Shown here piece after piece: positions 58,323 to 64,000 of a stretch of DNA of 64,000 nt. The translations under genes were made by a program, and so were the position numbers. Source of the DNA: Chloroflexota bacterium. GTDB taxonomy: Bacteria > Chloroflexota > UBA11872 > VXOZ01. Location: contig OY760183.1 in NCBI GenBank assembly GCA_963663275.1, forward strand, positions 544,001-608,000, in the 5' to 3' direction. Positions within the stretch are counted from its first letter, which is position 1. Each line of letters starts with the position of its first letter. The notes under the pieces were generated by a model. The model searched no databases. It was not told the DNA's origin and saw only the letters and a program-made list of their open reading frames with translations.

Positions 58323-59248
58323 TGTTCAAGTGGCCGAACGTGCCGTCCCCTAACGCGGCTGAGCACGAACTCGCTGATTTTGCCGAGTTGCTCTGCTGGC
58401 GGGATGGCCGCTCATCAGCGACTGCCTTGATGCACTCCCTTGCCAGACTCGCCGAGAATGACTACTCCGACGGCGTTCCCGAAGATGACATGGTAGCTAA
58501 CTATGTTGAGAACGCGTACGTAGAGATCGAACGGCGTGCAAGAGATTGCGGAGAAGGCTACCCCTTCGCCCTGGGAGAGAATGGGGATACACTGCGTACC
58601 CGCTCGCGCACAAACAATGGCAGACATGCTATCTACAAATACCTGTTACTGGCGACGCGACTAAACATGCGCACACACCGAAACCACGCTGAAATCGATG
58701 GAACGCTACTTTTCGAAGAACTTTCCGCGGAAACGTGCAAGGAGTACTTTGGCGATCGTACGGAGAGCATGGTCTTCGGCACTGCTGCGGGAGGAACCGG
58801 ATTCGAGGAGAAAGTAGAGTATCTCTGTATGAAAATAGGGGAGGGCAATGGCTACGAGCCTAAAGTCGAGAGTCGAGAGTACGCTAGAGACGGCAAGTTG
58901 GATGTCGTGGCGTGGAAACACTTTACGGATAGGCTGCCAGGAAAGCTCATAGCGTTTGGGCAGTGTAAAACGGGGACGAACTTTAGAGATGACCTTGCCG
59001 AGTTGCAACCGGAATCTTTCTGCAAGAAATGGATGCGGAATGATCCCGCTCTGTTCCCTATGCGCATGTTTTTTGTCGCCGAGGCTTTACCGCGTGGGGG
59101 TTGGTACAATTTCGCGGCCGATGCCGGTCTGCTCTTAGATCGGTGTAGAATCGTGGATTTCAGCAATCATATTTGTCGGAGCGTATCGGAGAAGGTCGAG
59201 GATTGGACGGCAGCCGCAGCCTGTTCATCCGGCTTACCGAGCCAATAG
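58322..59248 (+). CDS. Putative PD-(D/E)xK restriction endonuclease-like protein
   Basis: FEELS..DGKLDVVAW..GQCKTG Mrr-like D..QxK core; TAATG overlap with the ParB gene. Confidence 0.65.
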   Translation: MFKWPNVPSPNAAEHELADFAELLCWRDGRSSATALMHSLARLAENDYSDGVPEDDMVANYVENAYVEIERRARDCGEGYPFALGENGDTLRTRSRTNNGRHAIYKYLLLATRLNMRTHRNHAEIDGTLLFEELSAETCKEYFGDRTESMVFGTAAGGTGFEEKVEYLCMKIGEGNGYEPKVESREYARDGKLDVVAWKHFTDRLPGKLIAFGQCKTGTNFRDDLAELQPESFCKKWMRNDPALFPMRMFFVAEALPRGGWYNFAADAGLLLDRCRIVDFSNHICRSVSEKVEDWTAAAACSSGLPSQ

Positions 59249-59411
59249 CGTCCCGGGGTCCTGGCATGACACTTCGGTCAGATAACAACTCGCTTACCAT
59301 TGTGGTCGAATTTCCCCTGCGGTAGTGTATAATGCAAGCAAAGCTGCGGCGGGCGGCTGCACGATGGGGTGCGAGGGCGCCGCTGCAATGGGGATAGGGG
59401 GTTAGGCACGC

Positions 59412-60584
59412 ATGGCAGCCACGGCGGACGCGCTAGACCCGCGCGAATATCGGCGGATTCATCGTCTCTTGCTGCGCAGCCGGCGCAGCGCGGGCCGAGA
59501 GCACGAGCAGATTCCAAAAAACTACCTGCAAACGCCTGCCGCGGAACTGGACGAGCGCATCGCCGCGGTGCGGCGCGAACTGGGCGAACGCGTGCTGGTG
59601 CTCGGGCACCACTACCAGCGCGACGAGGTCATCAAGTACGCCGACCTGCGCGGCGATTCCTATAAGCTGGCCACCTTTGCCGCCACCCGGCGCGACGCCG
59701 AATTCATCATCTTCTGCGGCGTGCACTTCATGGCGGAGAGCGCCGACATTCTCACCGCCCCCCACCAATCGGTCATCCTGCCCAATCCCACCGCCGGCTG
59801 CTCCATGGCCGACATGGCCGACATCGACGACATCGTGGAGTGCTGGGAGCAGCTAACCGACGCGGTTGGTGACTCGATCGTGCCGATTACGTACATGAAC
59901 TCCACCGCGGCGCTCAAGGCCTTCTGCGGCGCCCACGGCGGCATCGTCTGCACCTCTTCCAACGCCGCCGCCGTCTATGAATGGGCCATGGAACGCGGCG
60001 AGAAGATTCTCTTCTTCCCCGATCAGCATCTGGGACGCAACACCGGCCTGAAATTCGGCATTCCCCTGGACGAAATGGTCGTCTGGGATCCCATGGAGAC
60101 GGCGCTGGGCGGCAATACGGCAGCGGACGTGCGGAACGCGCAAGTCATCCTCTGGAAGGGCTGGTGCTCTGTGCACACGCGCTTCACGGTGAAGCAGGTC
60201 GAGTTCGCCCGCCGCCAGCAGCCGGACGTGAACGTCATCGTCCATCCGGAGTGCCCCATGGAGGTGGTGCAAGCCGCCGACTACAACGGCTCCACCGAGT
60301 TCATCCTGAAGACCATTACCGAGGCGCCCAGCGGCACCGCCTGGTCCGTCGGCACCGAGATCAACATGGTCAACCGCATGGCCGCCGAAAACCCCGATAA
60401 GCGCATCTCCTGCCTGGACCCCATCGTCTGCCCCTGCTCCACCATGTACCGCATCCACCCGGCCTACGTCGCCTGGGTGATGGAAGACCTCCTGCAAGAC
60501 AAGGTCACCAACCAGGTGAGCGTCGACCCCGACGTGGCGCACTGGGCGGTAGTCTCCCTCGAGCGCATGCTCACGGTGCATTAG
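59412..60584 (+). CDS. nadA: Quinolinate synthase
   Basis: GHHYQR, FCGVHFMAE, AGCSMAD, CTSSNA, PDQHLG, HPEC, GSTE, CSTM. Confidence 0.96.
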   Translation: MAATADALDPREYRRIHRLLLRSRRSAGREHEQIPKNYLQTPAAELDERIAAVRRELGERVLVLGHHYQRDEVIKYADLRGDSYKLATFAATRRDAEFIIFCGVHFMAESADILTAPHQSVILPNPTAGCSMADMADIDDIVECWEQLTDAVGDSIVPITYMNSTAALKAFCGAHGGIVCTSSNAAAVYEWAMERGEKILFFPDQHLGRNTGLKFGIPLDEMVVWDPMETALGGNTAADVRNAQVILWKGWCSVHTRFTVKQVEFARRQQPDVNVIVHPECPMEVVQAADYNGSTEFILKTITEAPSGTAWSVGTEINMVNRMAAENPDKRISCLDPIVCPCSTMYRIHPAYVAWVMEDLLQDKVTNQVSVDPDVAHWAVVSLERMLTVH

Positions 60585-60770
60585 CAATATCTCTCGCTGG
60601 CTTGCGCGCGTACGTTGTTCACCTCCCCACAACGACTCTATGCGGTCGACTGAATCAGGCTAGTGGCGCGCAAAGTCGATGCACGCCGCGCGAAAGCAGA
60701 AACGAGTCACACTTGGCAAATGACCACTGACTGGAATCGACAGACAGCCTGGGAATATGAGATCTGAGCC

Positions 60771-61730
60771 ATGGCAGTAAACAGGGACAAGCCGGATAGA
60801 TGGAAGCGTGACATTGCCCAGTCGGTAGACATGTACAACGACTGGTTCCTACGGTTTGCGCCGGGGGCATACCGAAACACCCGCGTGCAAACGACCGCTG
60901 CGGTAGAAGCGACTCTACGAGCGACAGATAACTTGACCGGCGTCGGATTGGCGCTGCTCAAATCAAATCCCGCTGTCTTGCCAACGTTGCGGATGTCGGC
61001 GTGTCCGCCCTTAGCCGCGGACCGGCTTGTTGGGCTTGCCGGTGTGCCTCCGAACTTGGTCAAGGTCATGGAAAAGGACGGAAGACTGCCGCCGCGAATG
61101 CTCCCAGGAGACGTGGATGACGCTCTGGAGAGGATAGCAAGGGTTATTCGGAGTATGGCAGACCCAGATGTGTTCGTGTGGCTGGAGCGCGGTGATATGC
61201 CGTCGGAGCAGGAACGCTACAGGGCAGCGACGATTGTGGCGGACCGTCTGACCGGCGCGGTAGCAAATCCTGTGATCCGGAACGCGCAGGAGAAGCGCCA
61301 GCTTGGCTCCATCGCCGGATGGCTGGAGAAGCAGGGGTACATCAATTTTCCACCGGAAGATGCGGCGTATGATACTCTGTCGCCGGGTTCGTTCGCGTTT
61401 CGCCTGAATGTGCCGGCCCAGCAAGATGGAACCGACAGGCCTGTAAACATCCCAGTGGACACAGTCGTTATGCCCAAGACCGCCAAGCCAGGCGACTTGC
61501 CGTTGCTGGTCGAGGCCAAGTCGGCGGGAGATTTCACGAATGTGAACAAGCGGCGCAAGGAGGAGGCTGTGAAGGTGAGCCAGTTGCGCCGGATGTACGG
61601 GCAGCACGTGCGGTATATCCTATTCTTGTGCGGCTATTTCGACAGCGGTTACCTGGGCTACGAGGCGGCAGAAGGTATTGACTGGGTATGGGAACATCGC
61701 ATCGGCGATTTAGAAGAGTTTGGGTTGTAG
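60771..61730 (+). CDS. XamI-family type II restriction endonuclease
   Basis: VNRDKPDRWK, IRNAQEKRQ, EAKSAGDFTNVNKRRKEEA. Confidence 0.8.
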   Translation: MAVNRDKPDRWKRDIAQSVDMYNDWFLRFAPGAYRNTRVQTTAAVEATLRATDNLTGVGLALLKSNPAVLPTLRMSACPPLAADRLVGLAGVPPNLVKVMEKDGRLPPRMLPGDVDDALERIARVIRSMADPDVFVWLERGDMPSEQERYRAATIVADRLTGAVANPVIRNAQEKRQLGSIAGWLEKQGYINFPPEDAAYDTLSPGSFAFRLNVPAQQDGTDRPVNIPVDTVVMPKTAKPGDLPLLVEAKSAGDFTNVNKRRKEEAVKVSQLRRMYGQHVRYILFLCGYFDSGYLGYEAAEGIDWVWEHRIGDLEEFGL

Positions 61731-63314
61731 ATGGCAAGTACCATGAACGAACTGGAAGAGCGCCGGCTTGCCGTTCAGATGAAACTGGACGCCGCCAAGG
61801 ATCAGGCGGAACGGAACCGTTTGGGCCAGTTTGCGACGCCAACGGGACTCGCCGTCGAAGTGCTCCGGTACGCCAGTGAACTACTGGATGCAACTGCGCA
61901 AATCCGGTTCTTGGATCCAGCCATCGGCACCGGGTCGTTCTATTCCGCGCTGCGAGCAGTCTTCCCCGAAGAGCGCCTGGCACATGCCGTTGGCTATGAG
62001 ATCGACCCGCATTACGGCTTGGCAGCGGCAAAGCTCTGGAGCAAGGCGAGCCTGGACGTTCGCCTGGACGACTTTACCCGGACTGAGCCACCGGCGGCCT
62101 CAGAGAGATTCAACCTGCTGATCTGTAACCCCCCTTACGTGCGGCATCATCACATACCGCATGGCGACAAGAAACGCCTCAAGGAACGGGCATGGAAGGC
62201 CTGCGGCGTTGAAATCGATGGGCTTGCCGGCTTGTACTGCTACTTTCTTTGCCTGAGTCATGACTGGCTGGCGCAGGGCGGACTGGCCGGGTGGCTGATA
62301 CCCAGCGAATTCATGGACGTCAATTATGGCGCATCGGTTAAGCGCTACTTGCTCGAAAAGGTTACGCTGACGCGCATCCATCGCTTTGATCCGCACGAGG
62401 CGCAGTTTGGTGACGCTCTGGTCTCATCGTCCGTCGTCTGGTTTAGGAAGGAATGTCCGCCCCGCGACCACGAGGTGCGTATGACGTACGGCGGCTCGTT
62501 GCTGAGTCCGAAATTGGAGCGACTGGCGCCTGTCGCGATGTTGGGCCGCGACCGCAAGTGGATGAAGTACCCGCTGAATGATTTCCGCCAAGACTCGGGC
62601 GCTCCGGCTCTGTCCGACTTCTTCGAGATCAAGCGCGGATTGGCAACGGGCAGCAACCCGTACTTCATCCTGCCGGTCGAAGAAATCGAAGACCGGGGAC
62701 TGCCTTTCGAGGAGTTTCGACCGATACTACCCAGCCCCCGGTACGTGCCGGAAGACGCGGTTGAGTCGGATGAGATTGGCAACCCGGTGTTAGAACGACG
62801 ACTATTCCTCTTGGACTGCCGCTTGGCGGAAGACGAGATCGAGAAGCGCTATCCGGCGCTGATGGCGTACCTCGAGGAAGGAAAAGCGCACGGTGTGGCT
62901 GATCGGTACCTGTGCCGGCATAGAAAGGTCTGGTACATGCAAGAGGACAGACCGGAGGCTCCATTCCTCTGCACCTACATGGGCCGCAACGACAGCAAAA
63001 GGGGACGGCCATTCCGTTTCATCTTGAATCACTCGCGGGCGACGGCCTCTAATGTCTATCTGATGCTATACCCGAAAGAACCGCTCAATCGGTTGCTGCA
63101 AAGAAAACCTGCGTTCAAACAACGTGTCTGGGAGATTCTGAACGAGATACGCCCGCAGGCGATGCTCGGCGAGGGCAGAGTGTATGGCGGCGGGCTGCAC
63201 AAGCTGGAGCCCAAAGAACTGGGAAACGTACCGGCGGTTGCGCTTGCGGAGTTTCTGCGGGAGAAGGGACTGCAACAGAAACAGGAACAGTTGGAATTGT
63301 TCCAGCTAGCCTGA
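61731..63314 (+). CDS. Gamma-class N6-adenine DNA methyltransferase, cognate to the XamI-like enzyme
   Basis: GQFATP, LDPAIGTG, NPPY, YGGGLHKLEP; starts immediately after the REase stop. Confidence 0.9.
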   Translation: MASTMNELEERRLAVQMKLDAAKDQAERNRLGQFATPTGLAVEVLRYASELLDATAQIRFLDPAIGTGSFYSALRAVFPEERLAHAVGYEIDPHYGLAAAKLWSKASLDVRLDDFTRTEPPAASERFNLLICNPPYVRHHHIPHGDKKRLKERAWKACGVEIDGLAGLYCYFLCLSHDWLAQGGLAGWLIPSEFMDVNYGASVKRYLLEKVTLTRIHRFDPHEAQFGDALVSSSVVWFRKECPPRDHEVRMTYGGSLLSPKLERLAPVAMLGRDRKWMKYPLNDFRQDSGAPALSDFFEIKRGLATGSNPYFILPVEEIEDRGLPFEEFRPILPSPRYVPEDAVESDEIGNPVLERRLFLLDCRLAEDEIEKRYPALMAYLEEGKAHGVADRYLCRHRKVWYMQEDRPEAPFLCTYMGRNDSKRGRPFRFILNHSRATASNVYLMLYPKEPLNRLLQRKPAFKQRVWEILNEIRPQAMLGEGRVYGGGLHKLEPKELGNVPAVALAEFLREKGLQQKQEQLELFQLA

Positions 63315-63332
63315 GAACATGCATCTACCTTA

Positions 63333-63505
63333 GAACCTGTTTACGATCTGCTTAGGGGGGAGTCTGCAAAGCCGATAAAGACCGTTCGTGCTGAGCCTGT
63401 CGAAGCATGAACGGCTATACGCCACCTTGCGGCCGTTCCGTTCACCCTTCGACGCGGCTCAGGGCGAACGTTCCTCGTGCAGACAAGAAGATCGTAAACA
63501 GGCTC
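63333..63505. mobile_element. MITE family C
   Basis: 17-bp ends GAACCTGTTTACGATCT/AGATCGTAAACAGGCTC, TTA on both flanks, REP-like core as at 104-236. Confidence 0.75.
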
Positions 63506-63651
63506 TTAGAGAACTCTCTCGTAGTCTCGGCCGCGGTGCGCCTCACACTTGGCAGAGTACCTTTGGCAGTCCCGCGTGCGTGCAGTATACTGACACGAGC
63601 GCGGGACGTTTTTCGTGTTGCCTGCGCGCATCACCACGCCGGAGGAAGCAC

Positions 63652-64000
63652 ATGAAAACGAACACAATTCGCGAGAAACTCAACGCCGGTGAGCCGACGT
63701 TGGCGACGCACGTGCATACCACGTGGCCAGGAATGATCGAGGTGATCGGCCTGACCGGCATCTACGATTACGTGGAGTTCGTGGCCGAGTATGCGCCGTT
63801 CAACCTGCACGACCTGGAAAACTTCTGCCGGGCGGCGGAGTTGCACGATCTCTCCACCATGATCAAGGTGGACCAAGCGCCCCGCACCTTCCTGGCGCAG
63901 CGCGCCATTGGGGCGGGTTTTCAGAGCGTGCTCTTTGCCGACAGCCGCACGATCGCGGACGCGGAGGAGTGCGTGCGCGCGGTGCGGGCGGATACGCCGG
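63652..64000 (+). CDS. HpcH/HpaI aldolase-family protein (runs off the window end)
   Basis: GGAGG RBS; MKTNTIREKLNAGEPTL..YDYVEFVAEYAPF..AIGAGFQSVLF. Confidence 0.8.
   Translation, partial: MKTNTIREKLNAGEPTLATHVHTTWPGMIEVIGLTGIYDYVEFVAEYAPFNLHDLENFCRAAELHDLSTMIKVDQAPRTFLAQRAIGAGFQSVLFADSRTIADAEECVRAVRADTP

Overview
High-GC bacterial chromosomal window, probably Chloroflexota (inferred from Tat-lipoprotein sugar-binding proteins, an M23+TolB pair, sulfatase expansion and a free-standing rplJ-rplL). Housekeeping content: rplJ-rplL with an L10 leader, gndA, pabB-pabC, nadA, tRNA-Tyr and tRNA-Asp. Catabolic content: tandem sulfatases, amidohydrolases, dehydrogenases, three ABC substrate-binding proteins and tandem ERG4/ERG24-type sterol reductases. 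Intergenic DNA is full of GTAG-type REP palindromes. These are the insertion targets of an intact IS481 and of two MITE families, which also nest inside each other; a third MITE carries a REP-like core. There are two defence-like islets. The first (14.0-16.1 kb) holds a solo HigA, a PIN gene coupled to a 266-aa unknown partner, and an internally deleted R-M gene. The second (56.2-63.3 kb) holds a Dam-like MTase + ParB/Srx-like + PD-(D/E)xK nuclease operon, then nadA, then an XamI-family type II R-M pair. Best candidates for novelty: the MTase-ParB-nuclease operon, a QueF homologue with Asp in place of the catalytic Cys, the nested REP/MITE system, and several apparent pseudoenzymes. All family calls come from motif recognition by eye; no searches were run.
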